From sequence record MW845759.1: a stretch of 64,000 bases of DNA. One strand, given 5' to 3'. Shown here one piece after another: positions 19,355-28,377 of the stretch (its first letter is position 1; every line of letters starts with the position of its first letter). The notes beneath the pieces are model-generated. The model had not been told where the DNA came from, ran no database searches, and saw only the letters and a list, made by a program, of their open reading frames with translations. Position numbers and translations under genes: made by a program.

Positions 19355-19729
19355 ATGTCTGATATTGTAGTGGGGACACTCTCTACTCGTGGCTGGGCTG
19401 TTACTGCTGAAGAAAAAATCCGTGAAGTGATGAACAACTATACCGAAGCGGGTTTCAGCCAGTCCGTTCTCTATCAAGGGAACATTAAATCTCTCGAACA
19501 TGCGCGCTTTCGTACCGAACAGGATATGGATGCCCTGCGTTCAGAGGTGAAGAAAGACCTCGAATCGTTGTACGGCAACATCTTCCCCGATGGCGTACTG
19601 GTGAACACCCAAGTGGTGCAAGAAGACGAAAGTGATGTCCGCTACCGCCTGTATATCGAAGTGGAAGTGACCGAAGGCGAAAACCGTTATTCTATCGAAA
19701 AATACGTTAATGTGGAGAACAAAGAATGA
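19355..19729 (+). CDS. Conserved small protein, possibly T4 gp25-like baseplate fold
   Basis: 124 aa with helix-helix then beta-strand pattern; fold call is weak inference. Confidence 0.5.
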   Translation: MSDIVVGTLSTRGWAVTAEEKIREVMNNYTEAGFSQSVLYQGNIKSLEHARFRTEQDMDALRSEVKKDLESLYGNIFPDGVLVNTQVVQEDESDVRYRLYIEVEVTEGENRYSIEKYVNVENKE

Positions 19730-20328
19730 CCCGTGAACTCAATGAAATTGAAAAGTTTCAACTGGAAGAGGTAAAGGATTTGGAAAAGACCTTCGTCGAT
19801 TTGACAGGCGCCACCCGCTATTCTGACTCCACCTTCCGCCGTCTGGGTTTACCTATCCTGACCGGTCTGCTGGATGATACCTTCAACCCACTGCTGTGGG
19901 CTGAGTTCATCGGTTCGAACTACGTACCGCTGGAAATCCTGACCGATGACCTGCGCTCCGTACTTTTTACATTACCCCCACTCCTTATGCCGGGACCAGC
20001 CATCATTGCGCAAGATAACCAACAGTCGTTGTCTGACGCCTCTACCGAGATTGCATTGCAAGGTGCAATTATCGCAGAGAACGGCGGTATCCTGATTAAC
20101 CAGCTCATCAACGGTGCAGCTGGCGCAATCGACCGTGCTATGTACGGGATCAACTTCGAACGTGCTCGCCAGACCATCACTACGCTGAATGAAGTCTTCG
20201 AGCATTACGGTATCAATGGCCGAATTGAATATCCAGAAGGGCTGTCTGAAGTCTCGCTGGAAGAGAAGGCCGCTGCTGCGCCTAAGGAACGTGAACGTTA
20301 TGCCATTGACGATGGAGACGCATTATAG
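19726..20328 (+). CDS. Conserved hypothetical protein (200 aa)
   Basis: ATGA overlap with the previous gene. Confidence 0.8.
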   Translation: MTRELNEIEKFQLEEVKDLEKTFVDLTGATRYSDSTFRRLGLPILTGLLDDTFNPLLWAEFIGSNYVPLEILTDDLRSVLFTLPPLLMPGPAIIAQDNQQSLSDASTEIALQGAIIAENGGILINQLINGAAGAIDRAMYGINFERARQTITTLNEVFEHYGINGRIEYPEGLSEVSLEEKAAAAPKERERYAIDDGDAL

Positions 20329-21439
20329 TGCGGTCACTAAACTCGTCGGCTGTAAAAGAGTAGCCTTTTTTGGCGATGTGCACCTGCTTCATGGGCGGGT
20401 GCCCACCTCTCACATTGCCGCGACACTGACGACATTAATCAGTGAATTAAAAAATACAGCAGATGCCATTTATATTGTAGGGGACTTATTCGACGACTCG
20501 AAACACCTTCGTTCTGAAGATACCCACGACGCACTGGACTTCATTGCTTGGTTATTAAAGTGGTGTAAGGAAACCAACACGGCGCTGCGTATTTTGGAAG
20601 GAACCCACTCGCATGACCACGGCCAATCAAAGTTTGTGCCGCGTATCAACAAAGCGATTGGGGCTGATGTGCTGTATTTAGACGGGATTGGTATTCACTA
20701 CGACCCGGTTCTGGAAATGACCGTAGGTTGGGTTCAGGACGATTACAACACCAAAGCGAGCGAGACAGAGCAGGAAATGGCGGAGCTCATGAAGACGCGT
20801 GGTATTGACAAAGTGGATTTCTTTGTCATGCATGGGTGCTTTCATTTCCAGCTACCTGTTTTTAGCGAGAAATCGTTTAATGAAAAGTTTTGGGTTAAGC
20901 GTGCGAAACGAGTCATTGTTATTGGCCACGACCACCGCCCGAAACTCAACGGTATCATTCGCGTCACTGGGAGTCCAGAACGCCTCTCCATGGGAGAGGA
21001 GGAAGAAAAAGGTATTACCATCGCGGACTTTACGGATGAGCATACCCGTCTGTACTTTCGTGTCAACACCGAGGCATGCATGCAGTTAACCGTGCGTGCC
21101 ATGGATGATTACGATGCGCACTATCAAGCGTGTCTGGCTGCGTTAAAACGCATAGACGAATCCCCGAACCCGCAGGTGGGGCGTCTTAAGATTGAATATG
21201 CATTCGATAGTCCAATCGCCGAGCACGTTGCGCGGTGGAAAAAAGAATACATATTTAATATCAAGGGAGACAAACTTCGCGACCCGAAAGTTGAGAAGCT
21301 TTTAGTCGAGGCGTTTAGTCACACGTCGGAAGTCGAAACTATCGACCAAGACAATGTGCAGTCCATCATGCTCGCTGAAATGGCTGAGCTGGACTATGAC
21401 CCGAACATTGTGTCGGAGATTATAGAAGCAGTACGATGA
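20312..21439 (+). CDS. sbcD: SbcD/Mre11-like metallophosphoesterase nuclease
   Basis: Motifs GDVH, GDLFD, GTHSHD, MHG, GHDH and GS in order; start at ATG 20312 (METHYS...). Confidence 0.85.
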   Translation: METHYSAVTKLVGCKRVAFFGDVHLLHGRVPTSHIAATLTTLISELKNTADAIYIVGDLFDDSKHLRSEDTHDALDFIAWLLKWCKETNTALRILEGTHSHDHGQSKFVPRINKAIGADVLYLDGIGIHYDPVLEMTVGWVQDDYNTKASETEQEMAELMKTRGIDKVDFFVMHGCFHFQLPVFSEKSFNEKFWVKRAKRVIVIGHDHRPKLNGIIRVTGSPERLSMGEEEEKGITIADFTDEHTRLYFRVNTEACMQLTVRAMDDYDAHYQACLAALKRIDESPNPQVGRLKIEYAFDSPIAEHVARWKKEYIFNIKGDKLRDPKVEKLLVEAFSHTSEVETIDQDNVQSIMLAEMAELDYDPNIVSEIIEAVR

Positions 21440-21448
21440 GGAGAGCTA

Positions 21449-22270
21449 ATGGCTCTATCGACAGTTGATCGGGTATTTGGGTTAGAGTATCCCATGTCCA
21501 TTGCAACGTCCCTTGCGTTTGAGGGTTTGCTCCATACGGGCGAACATGCAGCTGATAAAGGTGAGCCGCCGGTTCACAACTTCCGCGCTATCTTTGTGAA
21601 TGTGCGTACATTATTTCGTAACGTTTATAACGCGTTCGAAGATAAAAAAGCAGAACTAGATGCAGATATTGCCCTTGCGGCAATCGAAGAAGATGTTAAA
21701 ACCATTCGGGAGACGGTAGCCGCCGTCTCCCCTTCGACCATATGTGTCTTCTACCTCTGCCAGTACAAAACCATCAACAAAGAATTCCCTCAGGCCAAGT
21801 TCAAGAATCCCTCCACGCCGAACCAGACGCACTACAATTCCGTTGAAATGGATGTGTACCGTCGGGTAGTGAAAGACGAGCTTTTCGAAGCGAAGCTTTT
21901 CGATGTGGAGATTTCAAACAACGTGGATACGGTTTGTTTAACTCACTTACCGATAGATCTGCTTTGGCAGAAGAACTTCCCTAAACTGGCGTTGCTGGAA
22001 TCCCACACAGGTAAAGTGAAAGGGCAGCTTGAATGGTACACCAAGCTGAACGGGAAACCGGAGAACGTTCCTTTTAACAAAGCAACCTTAACCTTGTACG
22101 GAGACGGGGTCATGTTTGCACCAGAGGATTTGAAATCCCGCCGCGTGTTAGAGAAGGTGGCAGCGAAATTTAGCTGGAACCAATCGACGACAATGAGCCG
22201 CATTAAATCCACATTACGTATCGCCAACGAACCGTTCTTGATTGAATATATTGACCGGTTAAGCAAGTAA
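21449..22270 (+). CDS. Conserved protein, possible PIN/5'-flap-like nuclease fold (phiKZ gp66-like position)
   Basis: IFVNVRTLFRN...CVFY...LTHLPIDLL beta/alpha pattern; synteny. Confidence 0.5.
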   Translation: MALSTVDRVFGLEYPMSIATSLAFEGLLHTGEHAADKGEPPVHNFRAIFVNVRTLFRNVYNAFEDKKAELDADIALAAIEEDVKTIRETVAAVSPSTICVFYLCQYKTINKEFPQAKFKNPSTPNQTHYNSVEMDVYRRVVKDELFEAKLFDVEISNNVDTVCLTHLPIDLLWQKNFPKLALLESHTGKVKGQLEWYTKLNGKPENVPFNKATLTLYGDGVMFAPEDLKSRRVLEKVAAKFSWNQSTTMSRIKSTLRIANEPFLIEYIDRLSK

Positions 22271-22338
22271 CTCGAAATTTTTACGTCACCTACAATTGAT
22301 GTGTAGCGCGACACCAACAACTAAAAGGACCTGTCATC

Positions 22339-23025
22339 ATGTCGTTTAACCACAAGTTTCTTAAAGACAAAACTCTTCTGCCGAAAACCAAACCAGACGC
22401 ACGCGGCCAGCAAAAATCCATGTCCATTGAGCCGAACATGTTCAATGGCGAGTGTGAAGGTCTGACCTTCAAATACTTCTTTGGTAAAGGCGAAGGCATT
22501 TACCCATCCATGAAGTACGCCACCCTGCGTGCTATTTGTGATGCGCTGGAAGATGCCCTGCGCAACAAAGAAGCGAGCAGCCTCGAGTTCGAAATCACCA
22601 ACAGTCAGAACAAACCGGCGGCCATGATTGTTGTCGGCCGTGGCGAAGATCTGATCCCGTTCATTAAACTGGGCGGCGATGTCAACGGACAAAAGAAAAT
22701 GGCCGGCTTCACCTGGTACGCAGACAAAGGCGTTCGCCTGTTGCGTAAAGGTCAGCCGGTTCCGGATCTGGAAATCCATGAGCGCATTGCGCGTACCTTC
22801 GTGAAAGAATTTAACGTCTTCCTCGAAGCGCTGCGTGATGTGTATAACCCACGTGACTGGAACGCCAACGGTGGCGGTCAGCAGTCTGGCCGTGGTCAGT
22901 ACGGCGGCGGTGGCCAAGGTGGTGGTCAACGTGGCGGCCAGTATCAGGGCGGTGGTCAGTCAGGCGGTCAGGGCGGCGGTGGCTCTATGGCATCGGCAAC
23001 CAACGAATTCGACGAAATGTTCTAA
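22339..23025 (+). CDS. chmC: ChmC-like nucleus-associated nucleic-acid-binding protein with a Gly/Gln-rich disordered tail (phiKZ gp67-like)
   Basis: Two genes upstream of the PicA-like gene and directly before the gp68-like gene; C-terminal GGGQ/RG repeats ending NEFDEMF. Confidence 0.65.
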   Translation: MSFNHKFLKDKTLLPKTKPDARGQQKSMSIEPNMFNGECEGLTFKYFFGKGEGIYPSMKYATLRAICDALEDALRNKEASSLEFEITNSQNKPAAMIVVGRGEDLIPFIKLGGDVNGQKKMAGFTWYADKGVRLLRKGQPVPDLEIHERIARTFVKEFNVFLEALRDVYNPRDWNANGGGQQSGRGQYGGGGQGGGQRGGQYQGGGQSGGQGGGGSMASATNEFDEMF

Positions 23026-23040
23026 TCGGTGACGGCACAG

Positions 23041-23073
23041 GGGAGGGCTCGCCCTCCCCTACACTGAAAGTGT
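23041..23073 (+). other. Tandem hairpins without a U-tract
   Basis: GGGAGGG-CTCG-CCCTCCC then ACACT-GAA-AGTGT. Confidence 0.55.
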
Positions 23074-23078
23074 ATTGA

Positions 23079-23098
23079 AATATATGTTATCATCGTGA
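23079..23098 (+). promoter_or_regulatory. Putative early promoter
   Basis: AATATATGTTATCATCGTGA. Confidence 0.65.
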
Positions 23099-23119
23099 AT
23101 AAACCCGAGGAGAAATCTA

Positions 23120-24760
23120 GTGAATATTGAGAAGATTCGCGAAAGTGTAGTGATTAGCCACAATGGTGAAACCATTACTTTCAATAACGTGCCGCACATC
23201 AACCGGAAGAAGAACACAGTCAAGATTCGCATGGACGATGAAGGGGATTTCCTTTCACGTGACCAACTGCTGTTCCTCGAACTGAATCGTCTTTGGGGTA
23301 CTTTCTCGGATAAAGAGATTGCCGAAGTTTGGGAGATTTATCAGAACGTACAACTGCTGGTCACTGAGCCGGACGAAGTACGCTTTAATGTATTGCCTGA
23401 CATGCTGCGTCGTTTGGTAGAGATTCACTCTGTCGACCGCATCATTGCGTTGTACCCTCAGCATCAGGTGTGGATTCCGAAGAAACTCGAAAATAACTTC
23501 GACAACATTTCGCCGAACTACACCGAAGCCATGACGTATCTGGTCTCTGACTATTATAACCTCATGGTGTTTACGCTGGCACTGAAACCATTGATTCCGG
23601 TCTTCGCCGCAATCGGTGCGTATCCTCCTGTGAAAATGAACTCACAGTCTGCCCGTCGCAAAATCGTGACCTTAACCAACGATTGTTTCGAAATCCTGCT
23701 AACCTCTAAACTGGGGAACCAGCCAGCGATTCAGAAACTCCGCGACTCATTACCACACACCATCGTCAAGATTCAGAAAGAAGCGGGCGCGCAAAACTCG
23801 AATACGCCGTCCCTGACTCTGATTGCCGTTGTGGAAGGTTATGGGTTGGACGCGTTGGAAGAATACATTACCGCTTTCACGGTGGTGAACATTCTGGCAC
23901 TGCAACCGGTAGGCGCGGATTTCAAAGAAGGTGTGATGGATGAGAACTCCATCGTAAGCCGCATCTTCTATGGCATTCGTCCAGAAGTATTGAACGGCTT
24001 TGCTGATAAGATGTCCGCCCACAACGTAACGGAGAAACCGCATGCGTCCACCATGAAACTCAATGGCGAACGTGGCAAGACCTCAGTTATTGATACGGTG
24101 AATGCACGCTCCACTGCGCCGATTAAGGAAGCAGAACGTACCGGGTTTTATTTCACCGAGTACCGTAAGGCGCTGAAACGTATCGATGCGGATATCCCAC
24201 CGGCACGCTGTAAGCAACACATCGACGGGGTTGTCGAACACCACCCACGTCCGTTCTCGGAATTGCACGAATGGCTGGTTGCAGTAGTATTGCACCGGCA
24301 TGCACACCGTGGGACGTATAAAGATGTTGACATGCAAAGTTATATGCATGGCATGGGGATTGCGCAGGCTATCTGGGCAAGCTATGGGTTCCATTCGGCT
24401 GCAGCACTGCTAAGCTGCGCAGCGTTACCGGGTCGTGATGGTTTGGAATATCCGTTCCTGCCAATCGATGCGAGTATCAAAGAAAAGTCGGAAATATATT
24501 ATCCTCAAGCATACCGTGCCCATAAAGGTCAGGAAATCATCAGTCCACTGCGTGAATCCGTCATGCTGTTGATTCGTGATTACATCAACCCGTTTAGTTT
24601 TCATTTGAAGACCTCGCCCGAGGTCGCAGCGATACTTGGCGTAGAACCCGAAGTGAAGGGTTATATTCCGGGTAAGAACTTGCAGATGGAACTGGCTGAA
24701 ATGCTGCTTATCCAGGCCAGACAGAAGCACCGTGAAATGCATCCGTTGGCCGCTGAATAA
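23120..24760 (+). CDS. nvRNAP promoter-specificity subunit (phiKZ gp68-like)
   Basis: 546 aa all-helical character; GAGGAG SD with GTG start; synteny within the nucleus block. Confidence 0.7.
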   Translation: MNIEKIRESVVISHNGETITFNNVPHINRKKNTVKIRMDDEGDFLSRDQLLFLELNRLWGTFSDKEIAEVWEIYQNVQLLVTEPDEVRFNVLPDMLRRLVEIHSVDRIIALYPQHQVWIPKKLENNFDNISPNYTEAMTYLVSDYYNLMVFTLALKPLIPVFAAIGAYPPVKMNSQSARRKIVTLTNDCFEILLTSKLGNQPAIQKLRDSLPHTIVKIQKEAGAQNSNTPSLTLIAVVEGYGLDALEEYITAFTVVNILALQPVGADFKEGVMDENSIVSRIFYGIRPEVLNGFADKMSAHNVTEKPHASTMKLNGERGKTSVIDTVNARSTAPIKEAERTGFYFTEYRKALKRIDADIPPARCKQHIDGVVEHHPRPFSELHEWLVAVVLHRHAHRGTYKDVDMQSYMHGMGIAQAIWASYGFHSAAALLSCAALPGRDGLEYPFLPIDASIKEKSEIYYPQAYRAHKGQEIISPLRESVMLLIRDYINPFSFHLKTSPEVAAILGVEPEVKGYIPGKNLQMELAEMLLIQARQKHREMHPLAAE

Positions 24761-24799
24761 TTATACGCACTTTATAAAGAACATATCGAGGAGTAATCA

Positions 24800-26521
24800 A
24801 TGAAACTGCTGCAACTTCAACTGTATCCGGTCTACGAAATCCCAGAACAGATTCGTCGCCGTATTGCGTTCAACGCCGGTACGGAAGATTTGACCAAGCT
24901 GAGCGATGTGATTGTTCAGAATGGTTCGAGCGCCACCAGTGCGTTTGACTACGGCGAAGCGATGGGGAAAATCGTGGGCTTTGACCCGCTGCCGGGTAGC
25001 TTTGAAACGCCTGTGCTGGATATCTCCGGCCAGAGCAATGTGGTCACCCCATTCCGTTTCGAGCAACGCAGCCGTATCTACAACTTCGTGGCCGTTGTGG
25101 TGGTTAACCCGATTAACGAAACTCGCTCACAAGAGATTCGTTATATCCTGACCGGTTACACCTCAGAAGCCGACCCAACGTTGGCGAGTCTGCTGCCAGA
25201 CGACATGGTGTTGTACATCAACGACATCTATGGCGTACGTCTGAGCTATAAGTACGACTCACTGGGTAACCGTTATGTTGACCCGAACTCGTTCCAGATG
25301 GTTGACAACTATGTGCTGTCGAACACGCTGGTTACGTCGCAGGGAACTGAATTAACGCTTGACCCGATTGCGCTGACTAAGGCAGCCAAGACGGTAAGCA
25401 ATCTGGATGTGAATGTGGGGGCAGGTGAAGAGCTGCAGTTCAACGTCACCTCCGATCAGGTTCTCGGCCCGTCACTGCAATCAGAAGCACAACTGCTGAC
25501 TGCACAACTGACCCGTCCTGAATCGTTCATCGGTGCGATGTCCACCGGGTATCTGAACTCGCTGCTGAATGAGCAAGAGTCCAACTCCCTGTCCGGCATC
25601 AATGCGTTCTTTGATAATGGCACGCTGTCACTGGAAGGTGAAATGCGTCGTCTGGGTGTGGTGAAGTCGTATAAGAACCACAACTTTGCCAACGCCCTGC
25701 GTACTGCGCTGTCCCGCCAGAACTTTGTGCAGGATGCGTACCGTCAGTCACAGGATGCCAAGTTCCGTTTAGGTGACCTGCGCTCCGTGCTGTTTAACCC
25801 GCAAGACCTGAACCGCATGTTGCAGGACTCACTGAGTACGGCAATGCGTAACATGTCTCTCGGCATCGACAAAACGGACAGCTGGACCAACATGCGCGGC
25901 ATCGGTACTGATGCATCACTGATTGCCTACGATGTGGGCATGCGTATGGGTCAGGTTATGGCGAAGAACCTGATTAACGGGATTCGTCTGACCTTTGATA
26001 ACCGCATGGCGAACTTTGATACGCAGCCGCAGTTGGCTGTGGTACCAGACTCCGCAGAGTCCGTGAGTGAAGGGGGTATCCCGGCGCTGATGGCTCGTAA
26101 CTTCATGCGTGAAATGATGCAGACCTTTATTCAGGCTACGCGTCACAACGCTGTTCGCTGCAAGATGGTGGTTATCTCTCGTCTGGGTCAGGTGACCCGT
26201 GTGGAAATCACACCAGACGGGGAGGCAGTCACCGAGTATTACACCTTCGCGTCGTTCATGTCATCCCGTATGCATATCGGCCTGACGTACGACAACACGT
26301 ACAACAACACCGTGGCTAAGAACACCAGTACGTTGTTCTCCACAATCCAGCACGGCTTTGATGAGTATACTCGTCGCGATTCCTCGAACGCGGTGATGGT
26401 CTCAATGTCGGCTATGTCGTCACCGTCTAACGGGTTTACGATTCCGGACACTCCGGTTTCCCAGCCCGCTTCTAGCGGGGACTTCTCGTTCGGCAATGAC
26501 GTTACCGGATTCAAACTTTAA
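24800..26521 (+). CDS. picA: PicA/Imp1-like phage-nucleus protein import factor (phiKZ gp69-like)
   Basis: 573 aa directly after the gp68-like gene; conserved core-block order. Confidence 0.7.
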   Translation: MKLLQLQLYPVYEIPEQIRRRIAFNAGTEDLTKLSDVIVQNGSSATSAFDYGEAMGKIVGFDPLPGSFETPVLDISGQSNVVTPFRFEQRSRIYNFVAVVVVNPINETRSQEIRYILTGYTSEADPTLASLLPDDMVLYINDIYGVRLSYKYDSLGNRYVDPNSFQMVDNYVLSNTLVTSQGTELTLDPIALTKAAKTVSNLDVNVGAGEELQFNVTSDQVLGPSLQSEAQLLTAQLTRPESFIGAMSTGYLNSLLNEQESNSLSGINAFFDNGTLSLEGEMRRLGVVKSYKNHNFANALRTALSRQNFVQDAYRQSQDAKFRLGDLRSVLFNPQDLNRMLQDSLSTAMRNMSLGIDKTDSWTNMRGIGTDASLIAYDVGMRMGQVMAKNLINGIRLTFDNRMANFDTQPQLAVVPDSAESVSEGGIPALMARNFMREMMQTFIQATRHNAVRCKMVVISRLGQVTRVEITPDGEAVTEYYTFASFMSSRMHIGLTYDNTYNNTVAKNTSTLFSTIQHGFDEYTRRDSSNAVMVSMSAMSSPSNGFTIPDTPVSQPASSGDFSFGNDVTGFKL

Positions 26522-26532
26522 AGGATATCTCG

Positions 26533-27951
26533 ATGAGCAAGCTGAACATTATTGATTACTACCGCGCCCAGTTGGACTCGCTGGGTTTTGGCGATAAAGA
26601 TGCGTTCTTGTATCACAAGGACGAAGGGCAACTGACTGACCCGGTGACATTTAAGTACGCCGGGGAAACACGTCAGATGGTGCTGCCAACGTACCAGATG
26701 ATTAAAGCGGGCTTAGTGGATGAGGTGGGCAACGAATGCCACGCCTTCCACCCGCTGTGTGAATCTGTCATGACCGGCGAATCAGGGACGATTCGCTTCC
26801 TGAAACAAGCCATCAAAAATCAGCTGTACGTGAAAGGTATCTCCTTTATTACCTACATGCTGAAAGCGCTGGCCGAAGGGAAGTCTTCTCGCTCTGCCAC
26901 CTTTAAGAAGTTTGTGGCGGCAATGACCGAAGGCGTGAAAGATCCGAAGATTGATGATAAGCTGCTGCGTAGCTGGACGAACGTGGCAACGTACATCAAA
27001 GACCGGATGGATAAGAAAACGCGCCTGATGCTCAGTATTCAGCCCGACCAGAAAATCGACGGGGTGAAATATCTGCGTGCAGCGAACTATAAGCATGCAT
27101 TCAGTGAAGAGCAGGATGACGGTACGGCAACGTACTTCGGTGTGCGGTTGGAACGTAAGCAGGATAAGGTGATTATTCACAACCTGCTGACCACCGTGTT
27201 CGGTTGGTATCCAGAAGAGATGGGGTCGAATGACCAGCGTGCGTACTACGGGTCATTGATTCGTGGTTGGGCAGAGTTCGTGTTGAAGTTCAATGCCCAT
27301 GCGAAAGGTCTGAAGGACATCGTGCCGGAATACGAACTGCTGAACGATGCGTGGTTGCCAGATCTGGATAACCTCAGTGAATACGACGGTAAGATTCAAA
27401 CCTTACCGTACAACACCGGTAGCCGTGACTCCGAAGTGGAAACCACCAAGCGTGATTTCCGGGTTGGTGGGCAGCAGACTTATAATGAGCCAGCTGCGCA
27501 AACAGTTACAGAAATTCGTCGGACTGAAAACGGTCTGATTGACCCACTGTCACTGTTGTCACCGACCACTGCCCCGCAGTCGGGTAACGTGTTCATTAAT
27601 GGTACCCGTCAGGTTGACCTGTCGCAGTACACACCGCTCGAACAGAAACTGATTAAAGAAGGCCGTACGCATGCACAGCCCTCTAAAATCGCCGCTATCC
27701 CATTGTCACAAGCGCTGGGCGGTGGCCATGTCTCTCGCCAGCAGGGTAGTGCAGCCGACTTCTTCGGTAGCAACAGCGGTAACGTATTCGCCACCACAAC
27801 CAGTAACAATAACCCGTTCGCTGGTAACGTAGGCAATCCGTTTACCTCATCCGCAAACAGCAATCCGTTTGCAGGCGGTAATACCAACAACAATCCATTC
27901 GGCGGTTCTACTGGCGGTAACGACGGTAGTCTGTTCAGCGGCATGTTGTAA
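26533..27951 (+). CDS. Conserved nucleus-block protein (phiKZ gp70-like) with an NPF-repeat C-terminal tail
   Basis: 472 aa; HPLCES motif near the N-terminus; four NPF repeats in a low-complexity tail. Confidence 0.75.
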   Translation: MSKLNIIDYYRAQLDSLGFGDKDAFLYHKDEGQLTDPVTFKYAGETRQMVLPTYQMIKAGLVDEVGNECHAFHPLCESVMTGESGTIRFLKQAIKNQLYVKGISFITYMLKALAEGKSSRSATFKKFVAAMTEGVKDPKIDDKLLRSWTNVATYIKDRMDKKTRLMLSIQPDQKIDGVKYLRAANYKHAFSEEQDDGTATYFGVRLERKQDKVIIHNLLTTVFGWYPEEMGSNDQRAYYGSLIRGWAEFVLKFNAHAKGLKDIVPEYELLNDAWLPDLDNLSEYDGKIQTLPYNTGSRDSEVETTKRDFRVGGQQTYNEPAAQTVTEIRRTENGLIDPLSLLSPTTAPQSGNVFINGTRQVDLSQYTPLEQKLIKEGRTHAQPSKIAAIPLSQALGGGHVSRQQGSAADFFGSNSGNVFATTTSNNNPFAGNVGNPFTSSANSNPFAGGNTNNNPFGGSTGGNDGSLFSGML

Positions 27952-27953
27952 GC

Positions 27954-27991
27954 AAAAAATAAATAAGGGGCTAACCACCCCTTATTTTTTT
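27954..27991. terminator. Bidirectional terminator
   Basis: AAATAAGGGG-CTAACCA-CCCCTTATTT between convergent genes. Confidence 0.85.
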
Positions 27992-28310
27992 AAACAACAG
28001 CGGAGTCCAGAATGGATGCCACGACGCCGATGTCCGGAATCAGTAAGGTTTCCATGTCGGGGGTGAATTCCATGGGGTTACGGATGTTGTTTAAAAGCAT
28101 CGTTGGAAAGATAAGTTCGCTGGGAATATCGACTAAGCTGCAGTACGCATAGAAGCTATGCATCTCCGGATACGAATAACGCGGGTCTACAGCCCTTGCT
28201 TTCGTGCTCGGATGATTACGCAGATAGTCAAGGTGGTCAATTATGAGTTGGCGTTCAATGGTACTAAGCGCTGGTATCGCCGCCTCGTATGTCACAAAGT
28301 TATCAAGCAC
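27990..28310 (-). CDS. Small LysM-like baseplate protein (P2 gpX / T4 gp53-like)
   Basis: AAGGAGG SD with GTG start; LLNNIRNPMEF...LLIPD pattern. Confidence 0.55.
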   Translation of the reverse strand: MLDNFVTYEAAIPALSTIERQLIIDHLDYLRNHPSTKARAVDPRYSYPEMHSFYAYCSLVDIPSELIFPTMLLNNIRNPMEFTPDMETLLIPDIGVVASILDSAVV

Positions 28311-28335
28311 AACTTCCTCCTTTAAAAATAATTAG

Positions 28336-28355
28336 CATATATGTTATCTTGGTGT
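28336..28355 (+). promoter_or_regulatory. Putative early promoter
   Basis: CATATATGTTATCTTGGTGT. Confidence 0.65.
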
Positions 28356-28377
28356 AAACCTGTGAGGAGTATCAAGA

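Noticed and set aside
20189-20311. N-terminal extension of the SbcD-like ORF
   Set aside because: It overlaps the previous gene; the first motif follows ATG 20312 at a normal distance.
22860-22985. GGC/GGT/CAG repeats as a possible CRISPR-like or satellite array
   Set aside because: They are in-frame Gly/Gln codons of the ChmC-like tail, with no repeat-spacer structure.
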